From Mycobacteriales bacterium (GTDB lineage: Bacteria; Actinomycetota; Actinomycetes; Mycobacteriales; SCTD01), in the NCBI GenBank assembly GCA_038236005.1, contig JBBSTI010000001.1, forward strand, positions 1 to 59,299: 59,299 nt of DNA, written 5' to 3'. Of this stretch, positions 31,115 through 39,987 are shown in pieces. The notes beneath the pieces are model-generated. The model saw only the letters and a program-made list of their open reading frames with translations, was not told the origin of the DNA and did no database searches. The translations under genes were made by a program, and so were the position numbers. How positions within the stretch are numbered: position 1 is the stretch's first letter; every line of letters starts with the position of its first letter.

Positions 31115-31705
31115 GTGACCACTGAGACCCAGCCGTCCGACCCCTCCGAGACGCCCGCGGGCGCCGCCGCTGACGCACCGGGCAAGCGGCGCCTGGACCG
31201 GGTGCTGGCCGAGGGCTACCTCGACGGGCTGGGCACGGCCAGCCTCGCGGACGTGCGCGAGATGCGCACCGAGGCCGAGCAGGAGGAGGTCGACCTGTCG
31301 TACGTGCGCCGCATGCTTCAGGGGCGGGTCGACGTGCTGCGCGCCGAGCTGTCCCGGCGCAAGGGCGCGACCGGTGACCTGGTCGCCGACCTGGCAAAGA
31401 TCCTCGCCGAGGAGCAGCGAAGCCCCGCCCGAGGAAGCGGCCGGCACACCGTGCTGGAGCCGTCGCGGGTCGACAGCCACCGCCGACACGTCGAGTCGAT
31501 GCTCGCCGACGTGGATCTGTCCGACGTCTCGGCCCGCTCGGAGGAGGACCTCGACACGGCGATCGTCGAGCTGGGTGACCAGGAGCAGATGCTCTCGGCA
31601 CAGCGCCGCGAGGTGCAGGTCGTCATGGACGCCTGCTCCGCCGAGATCACCCGCCGCTATCGCGACGGCGAGGCCGACGTCGACGCGCTGCTGGCCGAGA
31701 GCTGA
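31115..31705 (+). CDS. rsiG: RsiG-like anti-sigma factor (c-di-GMP-dependent anti-sigma-WhiG family)
   Basis: Two exact E(x3)S(x2)R(x3)Q(x3)D motifs: EVDLSYVRRMLQGRVD (aa 58-73) and EQMLSAQRREVQVVMD (aa 157-172). Confidence 0.7.
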   Translation: MTTETQPSDPSETPAGAAADAPGKRRLDRVLAEGYLDGLGTASLADVREMRTEAEQEEVDLSYVRRMLQGRVDVLRAELSRRKGATGDLVADLAKILAEEQRSPARGSGRHTVLEPSRVDSHRRHVESMLADVDLSDVSARSEEDLDTAIVELGDQEQMLSAQRREVQVVMDACSAEITRRYRDGEADVDALLAES

Positions 31706-31737
31706 GCGCGTCCGGCGCCTTCGACCCGGTCCCGCTG

Positions 31738-32670
31738 GTGCAGGTCACCCGCGGTGACCTGGTCGAATGTGTCCATCACGGCTCGGTCGTCGCGATCCGT
31801 CCGGACGGGAGCGTCGCCCTGTCGCTGGGCACGACCGGTCCGGTCCTGCCGCGTTCGTCCAACAAGCCGTTGCAGGCGGTCGGGCTGCTCGAGCTGGGCT
31901 GGGAGCCCGCCCGGCCGGAGCACCTCACGCTCGCGTCGGCCTCGCACTCCGGACAGGAGCAGCACACCCGGGTCGTGCGGGAGATGCTCGCCCTGCTCCC
32001 CGGCTCGCCCGACCCCGAGGACGTGCTCGGCTGCCCGCCGGACCTGCCGCTGTCGCGTGAGGCAGCCCACGATGCAGCGGGTCCGCGTCGGCTGACGATG
32101 AACTGCTCGGGCAAGCATGCGGCGATGCTGCTCACCTGCGAGGTGCGCGGCTGGCCCCTGGCGGGCTATCTCGACCCGGCCCACCCGCTGCAGGCTGCGC
32201 TGACCGCGACCGTGGGGCGGCGCGCCCGCGAGCCGGGGGCCCCCGGGGTGACCGATGGCTGCGGCGCGCCTCAGCACGCCCTGTCTCTGCTGGGTCTTGC
32301 TCGAGCCTTCGGCGCGTTGGCCGCAGCCGCGGGCGGCCCGGCGGCCGAGGTCGCCGCAGCGATGACCGCGCACCCCGAGCTGGTGGGCGGCACCGGCCGG
32401 GACGTCACGGCGCTGATGCAGCGGCTGCCGGGCGCGGTGGCCAAGGACGGGGCGGACGGGGCGTACGCCCTGGGGCTCGCTGACGGTTCGGCCGTGGCCC
32501 TGAAGATCGCCGACGGGGCCGAGCGCGCCCGCACGCCGGTGCTGGTCGCCGCGCTGGCCGCCCTCGGGGCAGAGGTCACCGGCCTGGCCGAGCTGGCCGC
32601 GCTGCCGGTGCTCGGTGGGGGGACGCCGGTCGGCGCGGTCCGGGTCCTGCCGGGTGCCTTCTCGATCTGA
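31738..32670 (+). CDS. Asparaginase (Asparaginase_II / Rhizobium-type family)
   Basis: TRGDLVECVHHGSVV..PRSSNKPLQA and NCSGKHAAML motifs. Confidence 0.85.
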   Translation: MQVTRGDLVECVHHGSVVAIRPDGSVALSLGTTGPVLPRSSNKPLQAVGLLELGWEPARPEHLTLASASHSGQEQHTRVVREMLALLPGSPDPEDVLGCPPDLPLSREAAHDAAGPRRLTMNCSGKHAAMLLTCEVRGWPLAGYLDPAHPLQAALTATVGRRAREPGAPGVTDGCGAPQHALSLLGLARAFGALAAAAGGPAAEVAAAMTAHPELVGGTGRDVTALMQRLPGAVAKDGADGAYALGLADGSAVALKIADGAERARTPVLVAALAALGAEVTGLAELAALPVLGGGTPVGAVRVLPGAFSI

Positions 32671-32707
32671 CCCTGTTGAGGGTTGCTCGGCCGGGGGAGG
32701 TTGGGCA

Positions 32708-32722
32708 TACCCCCGAGGGGTA
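32708..32722. promoter_or_regulatory. Candidate CsoR operator TACCCC-cga-GGGGTA
   Basis: 6-bp perfect inverted arms 11 nt upstream of the csoR GTG. Resembles the TACCC..GGGGTA-type CsoR boxes known from copZA operators. Confidence 0.6.
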
Positions 32723-32732
32723 AAGTGAGCGA

Positions 32733-33044
32733 GTGACTGCAGACATGGACGGGCCCGCGACGCCGACGGGATATGCCGACACCAAGGCCCAGCACCTGGC
32801 AAGGATCCGGCGGGTCGAGGGGCAGGTGCGCGGGATCGGGAGGATGGTGGAGCAGGACACCTACTGCATCGACGTCCTGACCCAGGTCGCGGCGGCGACG
32901 CGAGCGCTGCAGGCCGTCTCCCTCAAGCTGCTCGACGAGCACCTTGCACACTGTGTGATGGGGGCACTGGCGACCGACGGCGACGAGGCTGACGCCAAGC
33001 TGGCTGAGGCCAGCGCAGCGATCGCCCGCCTCGTACGGTCCTGA
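32733..33044 (+). CDS. csoR: Copper-sensing repressor CsoR
   Basis: CsoR/RcnR fold with YCIDVLTQV....LDEHLAHC (C-H-C ligand pattern). Confidence 0.9.
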   Translation: MTADMDGPATPTGYADTKAQHLARIRRVEGQVRGIGRMVEQDTYCIDVLTQVAAATRALQAVSLKLLDEHLAHCVMGALATDGDEADAKLAEASAAIARLVRS

Positions 33045-33088
33045 CCATCCAGCACGCCCCGCACACCCGCCCAGGAACGAGGAGCACC

Positions 33089-33283
33089 ATGAGCGACACC
33101 TACACCGTGACCGGCATGACCTGCGAGCACTGCGTCGCGTCCGTGACCGAGGAGGTCAGCGCGCTGCGCGGCGTCACCGAGGCCACGGTCGACCTGTCCA
33201 CCGGCACCTTGACCGTCGACGGGCAGGCCACCGAGGACGCGGTGCGCGGCGCGGTCGAGGAGGCCGGCTACCAGCTGGCCTGA
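33089..33283 (+). CDS. copZ: Heavy-metal-associated copper chaperone
   Basis: GMTCEHC metal-binding motif in a 64-aa ferredoxin-like HMA domain. Confidence 0.9.
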   Translation: MSDTYTVTGMTCEHCVASVTEEVSALRGVTEATVDLSTGTLTVDGQATEDAVRGAVEEAGYQLA

Positions 33284-33476
33284 GCGCGACCTGGCTACCC
33301 GCCCGAGAGCGACCTCGTGGCCGTCACCGTCGATGCCCTGCTCGTGCTGCCGTTCCCAGACCCGTCGTCTGCGGTCCTTCCGGGCCGGCCCGTCGTGAGG
33401 CTGTCCAGGTACGCCGAACCCGGCCATGCTTGCAGGAGGCTTGCAGGAGCAAGCGCAAGGCCCTACCGTTCCTGGG

Positions 33477-33872
33477 ATGATGAAGGAGCCGCTGGACAGC
33501 GTGACCGGGGCGGGACATCGCCTCGGCGACTACATCCGCGACCAGCGCAAGCACAACCAGATCAGCCTGCGGCAGCTCGCCGCGCGGGCCGGGGTCAGCA
33601 ACCCCTACCTCAGCCAGATCGAGCGGGGGCTGCGCAAGCCCAGCGCGGAGATCCTGCAGCAGATCGCGCTCGGGCTCCGGGTCTCCGCCGAGGCGCTCTA
33701 TGTCCAGGCGGGCATCCTGGAGCGCGAGAAGGGCGGGGTCGTCCGGGACGCCATCGCCGGGGACGACGGGCTCACCGAGCGGCAGAAACAGGTGTTGCTC
33801 GAGATCTACGACTCGTTCCACAAGGAGAACGGCCCGCCTACGGTGTCCGTCGAGGTCACGGACCTCCCCTGA
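33477..33872 (+). CDS. XRE-family helix-turn-helix transcriptional regulator
   Basis: LRQLAARAGVSNPYLSQIERGLRKPS HTH_3 signature. ATG 33477 lies within ORF 33426-33872. Confidence 0.85.
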   Translation: MMKEPLDSVTGAGHRLGDYIRDQRKHNQISLRQLAARAGVSNPYLSQIERGLRKPSAEILQQIALGLRVSAEALYVQAGILEREKGGVVRDAIAGDDGLTERQKQVLLEIYDSFHKENGPPTVSVEVTDLP

Positions 33873-33900
33873 CCTCCCGGGCCTGCCTCATACTGGACCC

Positions 33901-34182
33901 ATGTTCGAACAAGGTCTGATGTCGCTGCTCCGGCTCGTGCTGATCGGGCTCGCCGCATGGGCCCTGGTGGACGCGGTGATCCGCTCTGCCGCCGCCTATC
34001 CGGCGGCCGGGAAGCTCACCAAGCCGGTGTGGCTCGGCATCCTGGGTCTGTCGCTGCTCATCGCCGTCTTCACCTATGCCCTGGGTCTGTTCGGGATCGT
34101 CGCCGCGGTGGCCTCGATCGTCTACCTGACCGATGTGCGCCCTGCGGTGCGCGAGCTGGGATCCGGCGGGCCGTACGGCTGA
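33901..34182 (+). CDS. Small membrane protein (DUF2516-like)
   Basis: 93 aa with two or three TM segments (LVLIGLAAWALVDAV, WLGILGLSLLIAVF..). ATG 33901 lies within ORF 33700-34182. Confidence 0.7.
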   Translation: MFEQGLMSLLRLVLIGLAAWALVDAVIRSAAAYPAAGKLTKPVWLGILGLSLLIAVFTYALGLFGIVAAVASIVYLTDVRPAVRELGSGGPYG

Positions 34183-34221
34183 CGCTGTCCGACCAGGCCG
34201 GCCCCGCGCGGCCAGGCCGGG

Positions 34222-34455
34222 TCAGCCGGGCGCATGCTGCGCTTCCGGGGGCAGCTCGCTGGCCTCCTGGCCGACGTGCACGAACACCCGGGCCTCGCCG
34301 CTTCCGCGCAGCTCGGTGAGCGTCCCGTCCGCCTCGTAGATCTCGACCAGCCCTGGCGCGTCGCTCGGGGTCAACAGCCTGCGGACGCTGTGGTCCACCA
34401 TCGTCGACTCCCCGTCCCGGATCCCGCCCCGCAGCACCACCGTGTCCTCAGCCAT
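34222..34455 (-). CDS. Hypothetical small protein (77 aa)
   Basis: ATG-started ORF in an otherwise gene-free gap. No family recognised. Confidence 0.45.
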   Translation of the reverse strand: MAEDTVVLRGGIRDGESTMVDHSVRRLLTPSDAPGLVEIYEADGTLTELRGSGEARVFVHVGQEASELPPEAQHAPG

Positions 34456-34686
34456 GCCCCCGCTCTACCCCGACGACGGCTCGGCACCCCCCGGCTGCCG
34501 CCCCGCCCAGGCTGGCGGTGCGTCCTGACCTGCCCGGATAGATGACGTTTCGCTCATCGCCAGGCCGGGTGAACAACCTTGGTTGCCGTATCCCGGACCG
34601 CCCCGGGTCGTTCTCCTGGCTGAAGCGCGGCCCGCCCCAAGGCCGCGTCAGTCCCCAGCCCCGGACCCGTTCGAAAGGCCACCGCC

Positions 34687-35094
34687 GTGACCGAGATCCT
34701 CGCCACCGTCACCGCCCCGCTGTCGCTCCGCCTGGTGGTCCCCGGCGGGCCGAGCCTGCCGGTCGGCGCGATCGCGACCTATCGCGCTGACGACCCGTGG
34801 GCCGTGCACGTCGCCTTCCAGACCGGCGAGCGGACGATCGCGTGGCTGTTCGCTCGCCAGCTGCTCACCGACGGGCTCCAGACGTCAGCCGGCGAGGGCG
34901 ACGTGCAGGTCTGGCCGGCGGAAGCCCTGGTGATGGTGGCCATGGACTCGCCGTCCGGGTCGGCCGTCTTCGAGCTCGGCCGAGCGGAGCTTGCGGACTT
35001 CCTGCAGGCGACGTACGCGGTCGTCCCGGTCGGTGCCGAGGCTCTGCACATCGACCTCGACGCCGAGCTGTCGTCACTGGTCGCGACCGACTGA
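34687..35094 (+). CDS. ssgB: SsgA-like protein, SsgB-type sporulation/cell-division regulator
   Basis: Collinear with Streptomyces SsgB: L.LRLVV....LPV...(L/Y)RY(D/A)..DP(Y/W)AVH..F, WVFAR.LL..GL, GDV.VWP, ..LD.EL..(I/L). Confidence 0.9.
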   Translation: MTEILATVTAPLSLRLVVPGGPSLPVGAIATYRADDPWAVHVAFQTGERTIAWLFARQLLTDGLQTSAGEGDVQVWPAEALVMVAMDSPSGSAVFELGRAELADFLQATYAVVPVGAEALHIDLDAELSSLVATD

Positions 35095-35119
35095 CCCCTG
35101 CCGACGCTGCCAGGTCGGC

Positions 35120-35902
35120 TCAGACGGGGGCCACGGTCGCCCAGGGGACGGTCAGCTCTCCGTAGGCGGCCCGGCGGGCCAGAGCGCCAGGCCAGCCCAG
35201 TGCCCGGCAGGTGCTGACCCACCGCTGACGGGCGCCGTACGGGGTGGCGGCCAGGTCCCACTGCTCGTCGAGGGCCTGCAGCAGCGCGTGCACCGGCTGA
35301 CCGGGCACGTTGTGGTGGATCAGCGCCTTGGGGAGCCGCTCGGCCAGGACGGACGGCCGCGTCAGGCTCGGCAGGTGGGCTGCAAGGGTCAGCGTCCTTG
35401 GCCCCCGGGCGTCCAGCAGCACCCAGGCGGCCAGCCGGCCCGGCTCGTCGCACGTGCCCTCGACCAGCAGACCCCCCGGTGCCAGCCGTTCCAGCATCGT
35501 GGACCAGGCCTGCAGCGCCGCCGGTTCGTCGTACTGGCGGAGCACGTTCATCGCCCGAACGACCGAAGGCCGCAGACCGGCCAGCTCGAAGCCACCTCGC
35601 CGGAACGTGAGTCCTTCCCGGGCCGAGGGCTGAGCGGCCGCGACCCGCTCGGGGTCGAGCTCCAGCCCGACGACCTCCGCGCCTGGCCCGAGCCGGGTGT
35701 GCAGCTCGACCGTGGTGACCGGGCTGGCGCCGAAGCCGAGGTCGACGACCAGTCCACGGGGTGGGTGCGTCGCGAGCAGCCATCGGTCGACCCGGCGCAG
35801 CCGTTGCGGCGCGGTGGTGCCCCGGGTCGCCAGCCCCAGCGCTCGTGCCCGGCCCGCGGCGAGCCGACGTGGAGCCCTCGCGTCGCTGGTCATGTCAGAC
35901 AT
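35120..35902 (-). CDS. Class I SAM-dependent methyltransferase
   Basis: Motif I VVDLGFGASP and a Rossmann-like spacing of later motifs. Confidence 0.7.
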   Translation of the reverse strand: MSDMTSDARAPRRLAAGRARALGLATRGTTAPQRLRRVDRWLLATHPPRGLVVDLGFGASPVTTVELHTRLGPGAEVVGLELDPERVAAAQPSAREGLTFRRGGFELAGLRPSVVRAMNVLRQYDEPAALQAWSTMLERLAPGGLLVEGTCDEPGRLAAWVLLDARGPRTLTLAAHLPSLTRPSVLAERLPKALIHHNVPGQPVHALLQALDEQWDLAATPYGARQRWVSTCRALGWPGALARRAAYGELTVPWATVAPV

Positions 35903-35955
35903 CCTGCCCCGCTCCCCGGGGCGGTCCGGGCGGGTCCGGGCAGAACGGTCTGGTC

Positions 35956-36939
35956 TTAGCAGGCCCCGGTCGTGCCCTGCACCACGGTCTGCTGCCGGGC
36001 GGTCCCGGGACCAGCGTCGAAGGTGAGAAAGACCGTCGGGGCCGTCCCGGCGGCCAGCTGCGGGACGCAGGTGACGACTGCGGTGAACCAGGTCTGCGCG
36101 CGGACCGCGTTGGTCCCGAGGGTCGGCGCGGACACGCCCAGCAGGGTCAGGGGCAGCCGGAGCGGCTCGCCGTCGCGCTCGACGGTCGCCGTCCCCAGCG
36201 GGGTCTCGAGCCGGAGGACTCGCTGAGGCAGGACGGAGTGGTTGTCCACCCGTACGGCGAGCGTCACGATCGTTCCGGTGGGCGTGACGGTCGGCCGGGT
36301 CGGTGCGTCGGTGCCCGACGCGCCAGTGACCGCCTCTGCGGTGACCGCCTGCTCGGCCGGGACGACGCCGCAGGCCCGGTCCAGCGAGGTGGTGTCGACC
36401 GTCCCGTAGCGGTCCAGGATCGGTGGCCGCGGGACCTGCACCGGCACCGTCGCCCGCCGCCCTGAGGGCGTGTCCACGGTGACCAGGGCCGTCGCGGGGT
36501 CGGGCAGCCGCACCGAGGATCCGGTCTCTGTGCAGCCGAGCGGGGCCCGGAGTGGCACCTGCAGGTCCCCGCCGGCCGGCAGCGCTCGGTCGACCGTCCC
36601 GGCCAGCGGGGTGCCGGGCACGGTCACGCTGATCGGCCGGACGGTCGCCGGCCCTCGGTTCTGCAGCTGCACGACCAGCTCGACCACCTCGTCGTCACGG
36701 TCCTGACGGAGCAGGACGGCGCCGAGCCGCACCACGTCGTCCCGTGCGGCCTGCTCGTCCCTGGCCTGCTGGCTCTGGCGCAGCGCGGAGACCCCGGTGC
36801 CGGCCAGGAAGCCTGCGGCGAACAGGGCGACGACCAGGCCGGCGCTGCTGGCTGTGGCCCGGACCGGCCGGGATCCCAGCGGCCGGGGGTCGGGCTGGCG
36901 GTCGACCCGTACGACGGGTGCGTCCTGGTCCGCGGCCAT
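35956..36939 (-). CDS. Hypothetical single-pass membrane protein, two extracytoplasmic domains, C-terminal Cys
   Basis: N-terminal PVVRVD box, TM GLVVALFAAGFLAGTGV. The C-terminal domain is paralogous to the next gene (..FLTFDAGPGTARQQ..GAC*). Confidence 0.65.
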   Translation of the reverse strand: MAADQDAPVVRVDRQPDPRPLGSRPVRATASSAGLVVALFAAGFLAGTGVSALRQSQQARDEQAARDDVVRLGAVLLRQDRDDEVVELVVQLQNRGPATVRPISVTVPGTPLAGTVDRALPAGGDLQVPLRAPLGCTETGSSVRLPDPATALVTVDTPSGRRATVPVQVPRPPILDRYGTVDTTSLDRACGVVPAEQAVTAEAVTGASGTDAPTRPTVTPTGTIVTLAVRVDNHSVLPQRVLRLETPLGTATVERDGEPLRLPLTLLGVSAPTLGTNAVRAQTWFTAVVTCVPQLAAGTAPTVFLTFDAGPGTARQQTVVQGTTGAC

Positions 36940-37059
36940 GTCGAACGCTAACCCCGAGCGTGACGTGCATCACTGCTGGGCCTGGCACGTCCGCTGGACA
37001 CGTGCCGTGGGCTGGTCCGCGTCGGGCAGCCGTAGGGGGTGGGTCGGGCGTGCGGGGAG

Positions 37060-37665
37060 TCAGCAGCGGCCGAAGCTGCCCTCCACCCGGGCCTGCTGAC
37101 GGGGTGTGCCCGGGCCCGCGTCGAAGGTGAGGTAGACGGTGTCGTCCAGGCCGGTGACGCGGGGAGAGCCGCAGGCCAGCGCGATCGTCACCGGCAGGCT
37201 GAAGCTCTGCGGCGCGGTCGTCCCGCCGAGCGGGAAGGTGCCGGCCGTCGATCCCCCGGCCGGCACCGTGAGCGGCAGCCCCACCCGGACCCCGTCCCGC
37301 AGAAGCGGCGCATCGCCCAGCGGGCTGTCGACACCGAGCAACCGCTGCGGCAGCCGGGACTGGTTCAGCAGCCAGACCCGGAAGGCGCTGCCGCCGATGT
37401 CTGCACCGTCGTCATCGGGGCCGCCGAACGTAAAGGCCTGCAGCGCTTCCTCGGGCGCGACGACGCCGCACAGCCGGTCAGCGGTACCGAGGCCACCCCC
37501 GAGGGCCAGCAGGAGCAGCAGGCTCAGCCCGGCCCGGCTGAGCCGCACCGGTATGCGAGCGGGGTGCGGTCGGCGATCCGATCCACCGCCCTCTCGGTGG
37601 TCGCTCGGCCCGTGATCCACCCGGACCACGGGCCGGTCGGTGTCGCGGTGGTCGTCCGGACGCAT
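37060..37665 (-). CDS. Hypothetical single-pass membrane protein, paralogue of 35956-36939
   Basis: MRPDD..RPVVRVD, TM LSLLLLLALGGGLG, DRLCGVV.., ..YLTFDAGPGTPRQQ..GRC*. ATG 37665 follows GAGGG. Confidence 0.65.
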   Translation of the reverse strand: MRPDDHRDTDRPVVRVDHGPSDHREGGGSDRRPHPARIPVRLSRAGLSLLLLLALGGGLGTADRLCGVVAPEEALQAFTFGGPDDDGADIGGSAFRVWLLNQSRLPQRLLGVDSPLGDAPLLRDGVRVGLPLTVPAGGSTAGTFPLGGTTAPQSFSLPVTIALACGSPRVTGLDDTVYLTFDAGPGTPRQQARVEGSFGRC

Positions 37666-37771
37666 GTCGCGACCCTCAAGGTGCGGACGCAAGAGGTGCG
37701 GACGCGAGCGCGAGCAGCGCGACAGTGGAGCAGTTGGAGTTCGTCCCACCGCCTCTCACAGTGCAAGACGA

Positions 37772-38278
37772 TCAGCTGCTCGACGTCTCACTCTCGATCA
37801 GAGCCTTGAGCCGGGGGAGAGTCTTCTCGATGCTGGTGGTGTTGCCGCGCGTCATCCCCGCGACCTCGAGCCCCTTCTTGATGAGCGAGGTAGACCAGTC
37901 GAAGGACTCGGTGACCTTGGTGCCGGGGCGTCCGTCCGCCAGCTCGGTCGGCTCCAGGTCGTAGCGCCAGACGTGGCGACCGACGTGCCGCCAGGCGATC
38001 GTGCGGCCCTCTTCGAAGGCCACGACGGTGTTCTTGATCGTGTAGGGCAGGCCGATGCGCATCCGCATCCCGAACGTGGCCTCGGGCGCGAGTCGCTCCG
38101 CGCCGCGCAACCGGCCCTTCACCGTCCCGGACCCGTCGAACTCGCTGTGCCGGGCGGGCTGCGCCAGCACCTCGAAGATCGCCGCGGGCGATGACGCGAC
38201 GACGATCGAGCGGGCCACCACGTCCGTGCCGCCCTTGGCGTCCGTACGTTGCTCGACCACCACGTCGCTGTCTGCCAT
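37772..38278 (-). CDS. SRPBCC-family (polyketide cyclase/dehydrase-like) protein
   Basis: START/Bet v1-like pattern, about 168 aa (IAWRHVGRHVWRYDLEP). Confidence 0.8.
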   Translation of the reverse strand: MADSDVVVEQRTDAKGGTDVVARSIVVASSPAAIFEVLAQPARHSEFDGSGTVKGRLRGAERLAPEATFGMRMRIGLPYTIKNTVVAFEEGRTIAWRHVGRHVWRYDLEPTELADGRPGTKVTESFDWSTSLIKKGLEVAGMTRGNTTSIEKTLPRLKALIESETSSS

Positions 38279-38412
38279 GACCGAACGGTGTCATCGCCGG
38301 CACCGACCCGGCGGGAGGCGCGCCGGGGCCGTGGCCCCGCCACCTGCCTGGTCAGTGCACCTGAGGGCGACGGTGCGTCGTCCTGCCTCTTGCCTGCGCT
38401 GCGTGGCGCAGG

Positions 38413-39978
38413 GTGCGGGTGCACGCTGCGGAGCCCGAGGTGAGGCACGATCTGTCGGTGACCGCGAACGAGCCGGACGACGGGTATCGGGACCCCGGCG
38501 GCCAGGTGGTCCAGGTGACCGGGTCCGAGCTGGACGCACAGTCCGAGCAAGCCCCGCAGGCGCCGCGCCGTGCCTCTGCCACTGCGGGTCGGGCGTCGGC
38601 GAGCGCAGGTCGCGCGTCGGTCACCGCAGGGCGCGCCTCCGCCGAGGCGGGCCGCAAGGTCGCCCACCGGGTCAGGCGCGCGGCCGATGCCGACGGGGCG
38701 GGTGAGAGCGGCATGTCGGCGTTGCTGGGCGCCCAGGCGCTCAGCGCGGCGGGGGATGCGCTGATCATCGTGGCCCTGGCCAGCACGGTGTTCTTCGACG
38801 TCCCGCTCGGCGAGGCCCGGGGCAGGGTGGCGCTGTATCTGCTGCTGACCCTGATGCCCTTCGCGCTGCTCGTCCCGGTCGCCGGGCCGCTGCTGGACCA
38901 TTTCCGGCACGGTCGTCGCACGGTCCTGGCGGTCTCTGCCCTGACCCGCGGGCTGGTCGCTTGGTCGCTGGCCACCTCCCTGACCGGCCTCGGTCTGTTT
39001 CCTCAGGCGCTCGCGGTGCTGGTGCTGTCCCGGGCGTACGGGGTCGCACGGAGCGCCGCGCTGCCCCGCGTGCGCCCACCAGGGCTCACCCTGGTGGCCG
39101 CGAACGCGCGGATCAACGTGGCGTCGGTCGCCGCGACCGGGGTCGCGGCGGGCCTCGGGGGTGCCGTGTCCGCCACGCTCGGGCCGGGCTGGGTGCTGCG
39201 CCTGGCCGCTCCGGTCCTGGTCGCGGCGGCCGTGGTCGCCTTCCGGCTGCCGGCGCAGATCGACGAGGACCGGGTTGCGGAACGAAAGCGCGCTCCGCGG
39301 TTCCGGTTGCTGTCGGCCGGTTCCACGATCGTGTCCCCGCTCGTGGCGGCCGTCGCGCTCCGGGGTCTGGCCGGGTTCCTGACCATCTTCTTGGCCTTCC
39401 TGCTCCGGGAGCAGGAGGCCTCGACCCGGGTGGTCGGCATCGTCGTGGGAGCGGTCGTCGCGGGGCAGCTGCTCGGCACCGCGTTGGCCAGCCGGCTGTC
39501 ACCCCGGCGGACCCGCCGGCTCACGGTCCTTGCGCTCGCCTCGCCGGCGGCCGGGTGCGTGGTCGCCGCGGTGCTCGGCGGCCCGACGTGGGCCGCGGTG
39601 GCGGCCGGGCTGACCGGGGTGTCGTATGCGCTGAGCAAGTTCGCGCTGGACGCCTCGCTCCAGACCCACGTGCCGGCGGTCAGCACGTCGGGGGCGTTCA
39701 GTCGCTCCGAGACCGGCATGCAGCTCGCGTTCGCGCTCGGCGGAGCGCTCGCGATCGCGCTGCCGGCGCGTGCTGGGCTCGGGTTCGCGGTGGCGGCCGC
39801 TCTGCCGCTGCTGGGGGTCCTGGTCGGCACGCGGGCCCGTCGGGGACGCACGCTGGTCCCGGGCCGTCGTCGGGCCCGCCGCACGGGCGCCGCCGCGCAG
39901 GCACCGCAGGATGTCGCCGGGTCGGGGTCCGCCGCCGATCCAGACCACCCGTGGTGGGTGGACCGGCCGACCGGGTAG
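38413..39978 (+). CDS. MFS transporter with repeat-containing N-terminal extension
   Basis: 12 TM-like segments from MSALLGAQALSAAGD onward. The N-terminal tail holds 4x (G)RAS(A/V)(T/S/E)AG heptads. Start uncertain (38413 or later). Confidence 0.75.
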   Translation: MRVHAAEPEVRHDLSVTANEPDDGYRDPGGQVVQVTGSELDAQSEQAPQAPRRASATAGRASASAGRASVTAGRASAEAGRKVAHRVRRAADADGAGESGMSALLGAQALSAAGDALIIVALASTVFFDVPLGEARGRVALYLLLTLMPFALLVPVAGPLLDHFRHGRRTVLAVSALTRGLVAWSLATSLTGLGLFPQALAVLVLSRAYGVARSAALPRVRPPGLTLVAANARINVASVAATGVAAGLGGAVSATLGPGWVLRLAAPVLVAAAVVAFRLPAQIDEDRVAERKRAPRFRLLSAGSTIVSPLVAAVALRGLAGFLTIFLAFLLREQEASTRVVGIVVGAVVAGQLLGTALASRLSPRRTRRLTVLALASPAAGCVVAAVLGGPTWAAVAAGLTGVSYALSKFALDASLQTHVPAVSTSGAFSRSETGMQLAFALGGALAIALPARAGLGFAVAAALPLLGVLVGTRARRGRTLVPGRRRARRTGAAAQAPQDVAGSGSAADPDHPWWVDRPTG

Positions 39979-39987
39979 ACGCTCTGC

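Noticed and set aside
33324-33821. 165-aa minus-strand ORF opposite the XRE regulator
   Set aside because: It is antisense to a CDS with a clear HTH_3 signature, and its translation has no recognisable features.
34574-34585. CAACC-TT-GGTTG palindrome upstream of ssgB as a developmental regulator box
   Set aside because: Only 5-bp arms, and no match to BldD or WhiG-promoter consensus that I could verify.
38570-38650. 21-nt DNA repeats encoding (G)RAS..AG heptads as an independent repeat element
   Set aside because: They lie within the probable N-terminal extension of the MFS gene and are in frame. They are treated as a protein low-complexity tail, not a separate feature.
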